Part shown: one piece after another, positions 10,271-20,373 of the stretch
Numbering within the stretch: the stretch's first letter is position 1
Layout: each line of letters opens with the position of its first letter
DNA from: a candidate division CPR3 bacterium GWF2_35_18
GTDB taxonomy: Bacteria; Patescibacteriota; CPR3; GWF2-35-18
Direction: 5' to 3'
DNA: 64,000 nt
NCBI GenBank assembly: GCA_001771135.1
Contig: MESW01000003.1
Location: forward strand, 72,719 to 136,718
The notes under the pieces: generated by a model
What the model was told of the DNA's origin: nothing
Databases searched by the model: none
The model's input: the letters and a program-made list of their open reading frames with translations, nothing else
Made by a program: the position numbers and the translations under genes

Positions 10271-10374
10271 ATAAAAAACCTCTAATTTATATTAATATTG
10301 TTTTCACTACCTTATTACTTTACAATATACTCAAACTTAATTCAAATATATTATTTATCTATGGAGAACTAGTT

Positions 10375-10752
10375 ATGTCAAAAGCAAGAAAAATATTAGT
10401 TATTGAAGACGATCAGTTTATCAGAGAGATGTATTGTCGCGAACTTCAAAAAGAAGGATATGAAACGGATTTTACTGATAATGCTGAAGATGGAACAAAA
10501 AAAATCAGGAAAAATAAATATGATCTTGTTTTAGTTGACATTATGCTTCCAGGTAAGAATGGATTAGATATGTTGAAAGATTTTAAAGAAAAAGATGGAA
10601 CTAAGGGTGCCAAATTTATTCTACTTACGAATATTGGACAGGATTCTGTTGTTAAACAAGGCCTTGATCTTGGAGCTAAAGGATATTTTATCAAATCTTC
10701 TCACACACCATCAGAAATAGTACAAGAAATCAATAATTTCTTTGAAGATTAA
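10375..10752 (+). CDS. Single-domain response regulator receiver
   Basis: ILVIEDD, LVDIMLPGKNG (phospho-Asp), LLTN, GAKGYFIK. Confidence 0.9.
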   Translation: MSKARKILVIEDDQFIREMYCRELQKEGYETDFTDNAEDGTKKIRKNKYDLVLVDIMLPGKNGLDMLKDFKEKDGTKGAKFILLTNIGQDSVVKQGLDLGAKGYFIKSSHTPSEIVQEINNFFED

Positions 10753-10775
10753 ACTTTTTGAAAATTGATAGTAAC

Positions 10776-10809
10776 AAAAATACCACGGCTAAAATCCGTG
10801 GTATTTTTT
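10776..10809. terminator. Bidirectional intrinsic terminator between the convergent response regulator and ppsA
   Basis: AAAAATACCACGG-CTAAAAT-CCGTGGTATTTTTT. Confidence 0.85.
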
Positions 10810-10830
10810 ATATAGATCTAGATCTTAAGC

Positions 10831-13194
10831 TTATTTCAATCCCACTCTTTTTTTCTCTGCTTCGTAAACAACTTTTCTAGTTTTTTCAATCATATCTTGC
10901 TCTACAGAAACACTAGTTATTCCCCATTCAACGAGTTTTTCTGTTATTTCCGGATATACGGACGGAGCTTCTCCACAGATTGATGCCATAATTCCATGTT
11001 TGGCGGATTTTTTAACAGCTTGTTCGATCATCCACATTACGGCTGGATTTCTTTCATCAAATTCTTTGGCAACTTTTGCATTATCTCGATCCAGTCCCAA
11101 AGTTAACTGGGTGAGATCATTGGAACCTATAGAAATTCCGTCAATTCCAACCCCAATGAATTTTTCCAATATGATAACATTTGAAGGAATCTCTACCATT
11201 AAAATTAATTTGAAACTGGAAGTTCTATATAAACCAACTTCATTCATAATTTTCTTCGCTTCAATAAGCTCTTCAGGAGTTCGAACAAAGGGAATCATAA
11301 TCCAAAGATTCTTATGATAACGATGTACTCGTTTAATCGCTTCAAGTTCTAATTTAAAAACCTCAGGATCAGTGATATAACGATAACAACCTCGATAACC
11401 AATCATTGGATTATCTTCGTTATCAGGTTCGTATTTCTCTCCTCCTTTTAGATTTCGGTATTCATTTGTTTTAAAATCAGTAGCGCGATAAACAACGGGA
11501 CGAGGATCAAAAGCTTTAGCAAATCTCATAATTCCTTCGGTTAACTTGTCCACAAAATATTCTTGTTTTCCACTTCTAATCAAAGCTTTTGGATGAGTAC
11601 CTATATTTGCAATCATAAATTCTGCACGCAGTAGCCCAATACCATCAACCTTTCTCTCGGCCAATTTTTCAGCCATATCCGGTTCTCCAGAATTTACATA
11701 AACCTTAGTGGCGGTCCGAATTTCAGTATTAGTAACCGTTTCTTCCACTACCGTAAAATCTTTATCCATTAAAATTCCCTCATAAACCTTACCTTCAGTT
11801 CCATTAACAGTAACGCTTTCACCTGTTTTTAACATTTGAGTTGCTTGTTCAGTCCCAACGACACAAGGAACACCGAGTTCTCGAGAAACAATCGCTGCAT
11901 GACAAGTGCGACCACCACGATCAGTAACAATTCCTGCCGCACGTTTCATCGCCGGAACAAAATCTGGAGTAGTCATCTCGGTAACTAAAATATCCCCTTC
12001 TTTAATTTTATTTATATCTTTGGGGGAATGAATTACTTTAACAGAACCGCTACCAATTCCTGGACTTGCTCCGAGTCCTTCAAGCAATAACACTTTTTCA
12101 AGATTAAGAGTTTTTCGACCTTTTATTGGTTCTTGTGTAGTTTGCTTTTCAGTACTGCTTACAACATTTATTGCTGGATTTTCTTCTTTAATTTTTACAG
12201 TAGTTACTGGTCTTGTTTGAACAATATATAACTTTCCTTTTTCATATGCCCATTCACTATCCTGAGGCCAGTTATAATGTGATTCGATAGTTCTTACTAT
12301 TTTTGCAAGTTTAAGAATTTCGGCATCAGGAAGTTTTTGGGCTTTTTGATAAGCCGGAGAAATTGGAAGTTTGACATTAAATTCATCTGTTTCTTCACCT
12401 TTTACCTTTTTTATCTTTTGCTTTTTATCTCTTCTAATAAATTGCCAATCCTGTTTCACAATATGTTTACTAATAATTTGTAGATTTTCTTTATCAATGA
12501 GATATTGATCTGGAGTTAAAGATCCGGAAACAATTGCTTCTCCAAGTCCATAAACCGCTTCAATTACGATTTTAGTACGATCGTTGGTAATTGGATCCAA
12601 TGTAAAAGAAATTCCCGAGGTTTCTGATTGCACCATCTTTTGTACTGGAACCGCAATTCCGACTTTGAAATGATCGTAACCTTGTGAAACTCGATAGAAA
12701 ATTGCTCGTGCTTCAAATAAAGAAGCCCAACAACCGCTTACAGCAATGAGAACATCTTTATCACCCTTAATATTTAGAAAGGTTCTCTGTTGACCGGCAA
12801 AAGAAGCATCAGGAAGATCTTCGGCAGTGGCTGAGGAACGAACCGCCACATAGGGAGGAGTTCTTTCAATTTCTTTATAATATTTAATGATTAAATCGGA
12901 AATCTCCTGCGGAACTGGAGTTTTTTCAATCAAAGTTTTAATTTCCTCGGATACTGACTGAAGTTTTTTAGAATCATCAACGTTTAAGCCGGTTAGTTTT
13001 TGGCGGATTTTATCACGTAGATTGGTTTTATCTAAGAAATAAAAGTAAGCTTGAGCGGTCACTATAAATCCGTTGGGAACTGGAACACCAGCGTTTGTCA
13101 TTTCTCCCAAGTTTGCACCTTTTCCACCGACGATTCCGACATCACCTTTTCCGACTTCATTAAACCAGAGACAAAATTTGGGCAGTTTAGCCAT
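10831..13194 (-). CDS. ppsA: Phosphoenolpyruvate synthase
   Basis: GGKGANLGEM, VAVRSSATAEDLPDASFAGQQ, GGRTCHAAIVSRE (phospho-His), SIGSNDLTQL. Confidence 0.95.
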   Translation of the reverse strand: MAKLPKFCLWFNEVGKGDVGIVGGKGANLGEMTNAGVPVPNGFIVTAQAYFYFLDKTNLRDKIRQKLTGLNVDDSKKLQSVSEEIKTLIEKTPVPQEISDLIIKYYKEIERTPPYVAVRSSATAEDLPDASFAGQQRTFLNIKGDKDVLIAVSGCWASLFEARAIFYRVSQGYDHFKVGIAVPVQKMVQSETSGISFTLDPITNDRTKIVIEAVYGLGEAIVSGSLTPDQYLIDKENLQIISKHIVKQDWQFIRRDKKQKIKKVKGEETDEFNVKLPISPAYQKAQKLPDAEILKLAKIVRTIESHYNWPQDSEWAYEKGKLYIVQTRPVTTVKIKEENPAINVVSSTEKQTTQEPIKGRKTLNLEKVLLLEGLGASPGIGSGSVKVIHSPKDINKIKEGDILVTEMTTPDFVPAMKRAAGIVTDRGGRTCHAAIVSRELGVPCVVGTEQATQMLKTGESVTVNGTEGKVYEGILMDKDFTVVEETVTNTEIRTATKVYVNSGEPDMAEKLAERKVDGIGLLRAEFMIANIGTHPKALIRSGKQEYFVDKLTEGIMRFAKAFDPRPVVYRATDFKTNEYRNLKGGEKYEPDNEDNPMIGYRGCYRYITDPEVFKLELEAIKRVHRYHKNLWIMIPFVRTPEELIEAKKIMNEVGLYRTSSFKLILMVEIPSNVIILEKFIGVGIDGISIGSNDLTQLTLGLDRDNAKVAKEFDERNPAVMWMIEQAVKKSAKHGIMASICGEAPSVYPEITEKLVEWGITSVSVEQDMIEKTRKVVYEAEKKRVGLK

Positions 13195-13296
13195 AATCTA
13201 TTCCTTTCAATAATTAATAAGATAATATGTTTTCATATTATCTTGATTAAAAATAAATAACAAGCAGTTTAATACTATATGAAAAGTTATATTTAC

Positions 13297-16200
13297 TCAT
13301 CGACGTAATTTGGTAATAAATATTACCGTACTAATCAATCCAGTTAGTAAAAAAATAATTGTACCTCCTAAAAAACCAGTGTCTGGAAGTTGAAAGATAC
13401 TGCTCCGGACGAAGATACTAAAGTTAATGGTATCTTTATTACCAGCTTGATCAGTAGATATAATAGTGACTTCATGAAGTCCAAGAGGAATATTAATTTC
13501 AGGAGTATAACTCCAATTACCCGTATCATCAATTGTTGTATTTCCAATAATAGGTTCTGAATTGATGGTAATATTAACGATCGCTTCTTTTTCTCCTGTC
13601 CCTTCAAAAACTGGTTTACTGTTATTTAACTCCCACTGGGTTAAGTCTTTATTAAAGGTAACTCCTCCTAATTTAACTAAGTTGATAGTGGTTGTAGTAT
13701 CGAGAATGATACTGGCGCTGTAAATCAAAGATTCATTCCCCGCACCATCACGATATTTGATATAAATTGTCTTAATACCATCTCCTTCTGATAATGTCCA
13801 TACTTTTGTTTTAGAGTAAGACTCCCACTCTACTCCAATAAAATTAGGATTTTCAGAGATAATCATTTCCACAACTTCGGTTAAATCATCCGTTCCCGGA
13901 AGAATTAAGGTAATTGTTTTTTCGTTAGTATATTCGTTATTACTGGGACTCACAATTTCAATTGGTCCTTCAGGAGATTTAGTATCCAAAATAATAGTAT
14001 CACTATAGATAGTTGATTCATTACCGGCCACATCTTTGTACTTGGCATAAACTGTTTTTGTACCATTATTACTAGAGAGAGTAAACGTTTTAGAGGTGTC
14101 ATATGATTCCCAACTTGATCCAGTAAAAGATTCATTTTCAGAAAGAATCATCTGACTTATTCCGGAAGGATTATCGATAGCCGATAAAGTAAGAATAACT
14201 TCTCTACTATTAGTGTTTTCAGCTCCTTCATTGATAGTTATACTTCCTGTCGGTAAAGTATCGTCTACATTAAAATTTGTAGATTGATACAAGATTTCAG
14301 GTAAATACACTTCATTTTGATCAATGGAACGAACGGTTAATGTATGAGTTCCTTCACTTAAAGAACTCGGGGAAGTACAAGAATAATTTTCTGATATTTC
14401 ATCAAAGGCACCATCAGAAGCAGTACAATCAAACCATATACCCCCATCAATCTTTCCCTGGATATTTTTTAGAAAAACAGATTGACTATTTGATTCCGCA
14501 TACGTATTTTTTGTCCAAGAGACACCATCAGATGAAGTTGCGTAAGCCAATCTCCCATTTGTCCCATCATGCCCGGTATACCACATCTTATAGATTCCAT
14601 TTTCTTTTATTAAGCTTCCAAAGTAAACGCTTCCTTTATCAATTGAATATGTATTACTTTGAGATAAAACTGGATTATTATCAGATTTAGTCCAAATAGC
14701 TCCATCCGGAGAAGTCGTATAATGAATTTGATATCTTAATCCATCATATCCGGTATACCACATTTTATAGGTTTCATTATCTTTGATTACATAACCTGAA
14801 AAAGCATGAACATCATCTGTTTCTCCAGAAGATCCCAAGGGAATAACACAACCATCCCCAATAGTCCCACTACAGTTGTTCCCAGAATTTCGAGTCCAGG
14901 TTAAACCATCATTCGAAGTTGCATAACCAATTCTCACATTACTGCCATCATGCCCAGTATACCACATTTTATATATTGTCTCGTCCTTGATCACATAAGG
15001 ATAATAAGTATGAGCATCATCCCAGTTACCGTTAACTGCTTTTGTAAAAAGACATCCATCTCCTAATGTTCCCAAGCAATTATTCCCAGAATTTCTTGTC
15101 CAAGTTATACCATCTGTAGATGTTGCATAACCGATTCGCATCGTACTTCCATCATGTCCGCTATACCACATCTTATATGTTTCCCCCTCTTTTATGACAC
15201 TGATACCATAGAGATGAAGATCATCCCAATTACCATTTGCACTTAGGTCAAAAATGCAACCATCTCCAGTTGTACTACCACAATTATTCCCATCATATTT
15301 TGTCCAATTTATACCATCTGTAGATGTTGCGTAACCGATTCGCCAGTTAGTATTATTCGATCCGGAATACCACATCTTATAGGTTGTTCCATCTTTTATT
15401 ACTGAAGGAGCATATCCCGTATGGTAGTAATCCCAATCGTAAACAGTTCCATGTTCATAATCTGCTCTACCTAGATCTAATAAAGTAGTGGTTTTGTCAA
15501 TTACCTTATCTTGGATGGGATTATTTGCTTCTCCAGATAAAGAAACGGTAGCTGTATAATATGGAGAGATAGTGTCGAGAGAAATACTAGCTTCATCATT
15601 TCCAATCTCCCAGATATCTAATTTTCCCGTGCCTCCTCCATGTCCAAGGATAGCTAAGTCCTCATACTCATCATAATCAAAGTTACCGACAATCATAGCT
15701 CTACCATAAGATAAAGAGCGCGTTAAATAATGAGGAGCAGTTATAAAAAGATCTGCGTTTTCAATAGCTTCAACTTCTCCGGACATATTTATTAAATTAT
15801 TTCCATAGTAAATATATACTCCTCCTTTAAAATCTTTATTAGTATTAAAAGTATAATATCCGTAATAATAACCCCCAACAGCCAGATCTAAATTTCCATC
15901 GTTATTCCAGTCATTAACAACAACCGACACTCCAAACATATGATACGGAATATTAGAATACAAAATAATATCCGCGTCTTCAGGATGAAGAATAGTTTGA
16001 GATAAGTAATTCGATTTTCCTAAAAATATCATTACTCCTCCTCTATAAGATACTCCATATCCACTTAATCCTATGATGATATCTTGTAAATTATCATTAT
16101 CAATATCGGCAACAATAAAATTTTGATAGCCGCCTAAATACTGATATGATGTGCTTCCTTCAATAATTAAATCCGCTTCAGAAAAAAGTTTGTTAGCAGT

Positions 16201-18300
16201 AGTTAAAGGTCCCAAAAAGATTCCTACCGAGCCAATATAGTTTTGATCATAACGATAACTAGATATGATAAGATCATCAATATTATCACTGTTTATATCG
16301 GCACTGTAATGACCTTGACCAGTGTAATAATTGGCTGTATCGCCTTTAACAGTAAAATCTGCATCAGTCCCAGCGTTTAAGTTCAAATCCCAAGCATGTT
16401 CTCCACCAAAAAAAACATATGTTTTCCCAGCATCAGTCTTTCCATCATAATCATATTTATATGCTCCCAAGGCTAAATCCGGCCAATCATCATTATTAAA
16501 ATCACTAACGGCCATAAGATCTAATCCTCCAAAACGGGAACCAGCTTGTTCAGCATCAATTACAATAGCAGCATCACTATAACTATCAATAGTTTCAAAA
16601 AAATCAGCTCTTCCCCAAAATATGTATACTCTTCCAGTTAGACTGCTTGGAGAACCCACAGCATTTACAATCAAATCATCGTAATTATCTTGATTAAGAT
16701 CACTAATAAAAATGCTATATCCAAAACGATCGTTTACTTTCTCTCCTAGAATAAAACTAGTTCTTTCAGTAGGAATTTCTGAAGATGTGCCTTGGTAAAG
16801 ATGCACCTCTCCAGTACTTGAAATGGAATAGTCTTGCCCTACTGCAAGATCAATATACCCATCGTTATTAAGATCACCTTTTTGTAAGCTGTGACCTTGA
16901 CCTGCCCCAAAAGAAGCAGCTGGATCACCAATGATACTTTGCTGTAAAAAACCATCGCTGTTTTCAGGGTAGTAATAATCAATTCCATACCGACCTAGAT
17001 AAACATCATCGTTTAAAGAAGCCGTATTTTTAGTATCAACCACAATTGTGCCGCGATTATTAGTTGAGATATAAATTAAATGATTCGTGGTATCTAAAGT
17101 CCCAAATGTTCCATAATTACTACTAATTTCAATAGAGCTTGTAATACCATAGCTTCCTTGCAGTGTATCATCACTCGGATCAACTGTTCCTTGAGTATTA
17201 ATTACAGTCATAGAAGAAACTAGGTTGTAGTGAGTAATATAAAGTAAATTACCTTCAACATATACTGACTTTACTCCTCCTGCGCTTTGTAGGGCTGGAT
17301 TTGAAGATAACAATACACCAGTAGAACTATCGGTAGTATTCCAGACTCCCGTAGTCCGATAAGCAAAAGAGGTATTATCATTTAGATTAACAACCGATAA
17401 GACTCCATCAGATGAACTTCCTTGAGAAGGTAGATATAAAAGCTTATTACCACTATCAAGCCCGATCTTTTCAATATTATTATGAGCAAGATGAGGAGTT
17501 GTCGAAGTTGAATAATTCGTTACAACAGTATCATCAGCAGGAGTCTTGGTGCCTTGAGTATTAAAAACTCTCATCCCTCCTCCCCAAGTTCCGATATACA
17601 GATAATTGTTATCAGAGTCAAAATATACTTGAGCTTGATTATTATTATGAGGAATTGCTGGAGTTGAGGTTGTTGTATAAGTAATCAAAAGTGTATCATC
17701 AGAGATCGTTACTGTTCCTTGAGTATCAATTACTGAAACTCCTCCTCCATAAGTAGATATATATAATAATTTGTTTATCGTATCCAAATAACTAGCATAA
17801 ACATTGTTATTTCCGATTGCGACGGGAGTGGAAGTTGTAGAATAAGTAGCATTTATAGTGTCATCAGTTGCAACAACTGTCCCATTGTTATCGATCACAT
17901 CTAATCCTCCAGAGGTACCAATATATATTAAATTTCCTATTTTATCGATAAACTTTATTGAATTTGAGCTTAGAGCTGGAGTTGAAGTAGTATTATAATT
18001 AATTACTATTGAATCATCTTCTAAATTATTCGTATTGTGAGTATTTATCACGTAAACACCAACATCACCAGTACCAATGTAAACAAGATTATTGGTATTA
18101 TCAATATAAGTATAGTAGCTTGAATTTGAAGAGATATAAAAAGTATATGGAGTTGCCTGCGCTAAGCTATTTGTAAAATTATTAAAAAGATAGAACTTTT
18201 GAGTAAAAGAAATTGTAAAGATTATCAGAATTATGATTATTCTTTTAAATAAATATAAGATTTTAATTTTCAGAGGCATAAAATGTTCTCTAAACTTCAT
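13297..18300 (-). CDS. Large secreted surface protein/adhesin: repeat beta-propeller, FG-GAP propeller, 5-bladed glycosidase-like propeller, Ig-like stalk and LPDTG anchor
   Basis: N-terminal hydrophobic signal; VIDTQGT..DDT..Y.T.STP repeats; GDLNNDGYIDLAVG-type FG-GAP repeats; five YKMWY.G...RIGYATS.DG..W repeats; LPDTG, TM helix and KLRR tail. Confidence 0.8.
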   Translation of the reverse strand: MKFREHFMPLKIKILYLFKRIIIILIIFTISFTQKFYLFNNFTNSLAQATPYTFYISSNSSYYTYIDNTNNLVYIGTGDVGVYVINTHNTNNLEDDSIVINYNTTSTPALSSNSIKFIDKIGNLIYIGTSGGLDVIDNNGTVVATDDTINATYSTTSTPVAIGNNNVYASYLDTINKLLYISTYGGGVSVIDTQGTVTISDDTLLITYTTTSTPAIPHNNNQAQVYFDSDNNYLYIGTWGGGMRVFNTQGTKTPADDTVVTNYSTSTTPHLAHNNIEKIGLDSGNKLLYLPSQGSSSDGVLSVVNLNDNTSFAYRTTGVWNTTDSSTGVLLSSNPALQSAGGVKSVYVEGNLLYITHYNLVSSMTVINTQGTVDPSDDTLQGSYGITSSIEISSNYGTFGTLDTTNHLIYISTNNRGTIVVDTKNTASLNDDVYLGRYGIDYYYPENSDGFLQQSIIGDPAASFGAGQGHSLQKGDLNNDGYIDLAVGQDYSISSTGEVHLYQGTSSEIPTERTSFILGEKVNDRFGYSIFISDLNQDNYDDLIVNAVGSPSSLTGRVYIFWGRADFFETIDSYSDAAIVIDAEQAGSRFGGLDLMAVSDFNNDDWPDLALGAYKYDYDGKTDAGKTYVFFGGEHAWDLNLNAGTDADFTVKGDTANYYTGQGHYSADINSDNIDDLIISSYRYDQNYIGSVGIFLGPLTTANKLFSEADLIIEGSTSYQYLGGYQNFIVADIDNDNLQDIIIGLSGYGVSYRGGVMIFLGKSNYLSQTILHPEDADIILYSNIPYHMFGVSVVVNDWNNDGNLDLAVGGYYYGYYTFNTNKDFKGGVYIYYGNNLINMSGEVEAIENADLFITAPHYLTRSLSYGRAMIVGNFDYDEYEDLAILGHGGGTGKLDIWEIGNDEASISLDTISPYYTATVSLSGEANNPIQDKVIDKTTTLLDLGRADYEHGTVYDWDYYHTGYAPSVIKDGTTYKMWYSGSNNTNWRIGYATSTDGINWTKYDGNNCGSTTGDGCIFDLSANGNWDDLHLYGISVIKEGETYKMWYSGHDGSTMRIGYATSTDGITWTRNSGNNCLGTLGDGCLFTKAVNGNWDDAHTYYPYVIKDETIYKMWYTGHDGSNVRIGYATSNDGLTWTRNSGNNCSGTIGDGCVIPLGSSGETDDVHAFSGYVIKDNETYKMWYTGYDGLRYQIHYTTSPDGAIWTKSDNNPVLSQSNTYSIDKGSVYFGSLIKENGIYKMWYTGHDGTNGRLAYATSSDGVSWTKNTYAESNSQSVFLKNIQGKIDGGIWFDCTASDGAFDEISENYSCTSPSSLSEGTHTLTVRSIDQNEVYLPEILYQSTNFNVDDTLPTGSITINEGAENTNSREVILTLSAIDNPSGISQMILSENESFTGSSWESYDTSKTFTLSSNNGTKTVYAKYKDVAGNESTIYSDTIILDTKSPEGPIEIVSPSNNEYTNEKTITLILPGTDDLTEVVEMIISENPNFIGVEWESYSKTKVWTLSEGDGIKTIYIKYRDGAGNESLIYSASIILDTTTTINLVKLGGVTFNKDLTQWELNNSKPVFEGTGEKEAIVNITINSEPIIGNTTIDDTGNWSYTPEINIPLGLHEVTIISTDQAGNKDTINFSIFVRSSIFQLPDTGFLGGTIIFLLTGLISTVIFITKLRR

Positions 18301-18426
18301 TCTTTAAAAAGTCAAAAGTCTTTTTTAGTTTCAGATTTTGTTAATATCAGATTGATTCGTTTTCAATGATATATAAAATCCTTCATCTTGTCGATATATA
18401 ATTATGATGTTAGGCTTCATTATAAA

Positions 18427-19014
18427 TTATTTTAATTGCACATCTGGTACTTTTTTATATTTAGGATTTTTTACTAAAACCGGTTTTCCTTCCTTTTCAA
18501 TAACATAGTAGGCAAATCCTTGCATCTTCTTCACTGCTTCGTAATCAGCATGTCCCGGCATCGAAGCTTCATTACCACCTTGAGAAACAGAATCTAAAAA
18601 CTCTACCGGAGAATTATCTGCAGTCACAAAATAGGTTTTACCTGTATTTACAAGAAGATGGGCGTATCCAGCCGGCATATAAATTTCATCACCAGCGTTG
18701 ACTTTAATAGCCTTAAAATCTTCAATCTCGTCATCAAGGGGTTGACCTTTCTTATCTAAAGCTCTTTTTTGAAGTAAAGCTATTCCTTCACCAAAAATAA
18801 TCCAATATGTTTCATCGAGATTCCCCACATGATAGTGCCCGTAGGTTTTGATATATTCATGATCAACTGTTCCTGTCTGCCATAGAGTAATATTTTTTCT
18901 TTCTTTACCACCCCGAATCATATAATAATGAATGTCCGGTCCTTTTGCTTCCGGATTCATCAAAACATCTTTCATTTTTTCATGAGTACGTGGTGCATAA
19001 TATTCTGGATCCAT
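18427..19014 (-). CDS. Cupin-type (archaeal-like) glucose-6-phosphate isomerase family
   Basis: EYIKTYGHYH..ETYWIIFGEGIALLQ and YAHLLVNTG cupin metal motifs. Confidence 0.8.
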   Translation of the reverse strand: MDPEYYAPRTHEKMKDVLMNPEAKGPDIHYYMIRGGKERKNITLWQTGTVDHEYIKTYGHYHVGNLDETYWIIFGEGIALLQKRALDKKGQPLDDEIEDFKAIKVNAGDEIYMPAGYAHLLVNTGKTYFVTADNSPVEFLDSVSQGGNEASMPGHADYEAVKKMQGFAYYVIEKEGKPVLVKNPKYKKVPDVQLK

Positions 19015-19034
19015 AAAAAACTCCTTTTGTGTTT

Positions 19035-19841
19035 TTATAATTTCAATAAGCTAAGTAATTCGTTATGTATTTTACCGTTTGTCGCCAAAATTCCCTTTGA
19101 AGTGTCATTATTCTGAATCTGATCACCGTTTAAATCAGTCACAACTCCACCTGCCTCAGTCACAAAAAGAATACCGGCAATTACATCCCAGATCTTTTCT
19201 TTTCCATAAAGGTCTACAAAAGCATCGAAAGCCCCTCTAGCCGTGGCTCCCATTCCCAGCATCGAATCAGCGAGACATCGGACTCTGTAACTAGCCCAAT
19301 TTACTTTTTTGAATTGCTCCATTTTTCTTTCGTAATCGTTTTTCTCCAACTGACTATTGGGAAGTCCTACAAAAAGAAAAGATTTATAAATATCTTCGGT
19401 CTGAGAAACTGTATATCTATTTCCATTATAATAAAAACCACCTTTTTTAATGGCACTATAAAGCTGTTTTTCTACAGGACGATATGAAACTGCTAGAATT
19501 GATTTTCCTCTATATAATAAATTAATGGCCGTATTATAAATAGGAAGATCGCGAACATAGTACTTTGTTCCATCAAGTGGATCAAGGACCCATTGATAAT
19601 CAGAATCTTTGTCTATATGTCCTTTTTCTTCAGAGTAAATTGAGTGGTTTGGAAATTTTTTTTCAATTGCTTCTATGATAATTTTTTCTGCTCCCACATC
19701 AATATTGGTCAAAATATCCTGTCGATTTTTGTAATTAAGCACCGTAACCTTTTTTTGGTTATCAAGAAGGTATTCACCAACTTTCTGCGCCAGATTTTCA
19801 GTAAAACTGAGTGTTTTTTTCAGTTCCGAAGTCGTCATCAT
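19035..19841 (-). CDS. Inositol monophosphatase family protein
   Basis: SEE, VLDPLDGT, IWDVIAGILFVTEAGG. Confidence 0.9.
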   Translation of the reverse strand: MMTTSELKKTLSFTENLAQKVGEYLLDNQKKVTVLNYKNRQDILTNIDVGAEKIIIEAIEKKFPNHSIYSEEKGHIDKDSDYQWVLDPLDGTKYYVRDLPIYNTAINLLYRGKSILAVSYRPVEKQLYSAIKKGGFYYNGNRYTVSQTEDIYKSFLFVGLPNSQLEKNDYERKMEQFKKVNWASYRVRCLADSMLGMGATARGAFDAFVDLYGKEKIWDVIAGILFVTEAGGVVTDLNGDQIQNNDTSKGILATNGKIHNELLSLLKL

Positions 19842-20365
19842 AAGTTTATAATTTCTCCTTGCAAATTATCAGTATCAAAAATTGCAATAGAAGAGTTTGA
19901 ACCATTAACCTTTTCTTCTGAGAATGTAATAAGGCTTCCCGGATTTATCCAAATAGTCTTTCCAACTTTTTTAAGATGAGAAACATGAGTATGTCCAGTA
20001 CAAAGAAGGTCATATTTTTGAGAATTTAACAAAGCTTCGGTAATTACTTTATCATGACCATGAAATACCGCTATTTTACAACTGTCACATTCTAAATCCC
20101 AGGTTAACCCATGCTTAGGATATTCAATATTAACACCATACTTTTCCGCTTTTCTTTTGATTCCAATTCTATCACCTTCATTATTCCCAAACACCGCTTT
20201 AATTGGAATATTCCAATTAATCTGCTTCAGTTTTAAAAAGTTAAATGAAGAAACTAGGTCACCACAAAAAATGACTATTTCGACCTTGTTTTCTTCAAAT
20301 ACTTTTTTAACTTCGATTAACTTTTCTACCTGATCATGAGAGTCAGAAAATATACCAATTTTCAT
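19838..20365 (-). CDS. YfcE-family metallophosphoesterase
   Basis: SDSHD, CGD, GNNE, FHGH, GHTH, NPGS. Confidence 0.9.
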   Translation of the reverse strand: MKIGIFSDSHDQVEKLIEVKKVFEENKVEIVIFCGDLVSSFNFLKLKQINWNIPIKAVFGNNEGDRIGIKRKAEKYGVNIEYPKHGLTWDLECDSCKIAVFHGHDKVITEALLNSQKYDLLCTGHTHVSHLKKVGKTIWINPGSLITFSEEKVNGSNSSIAIFDTDNLQGEIINL

Positions 20366-20373
20366 GTTTATTC

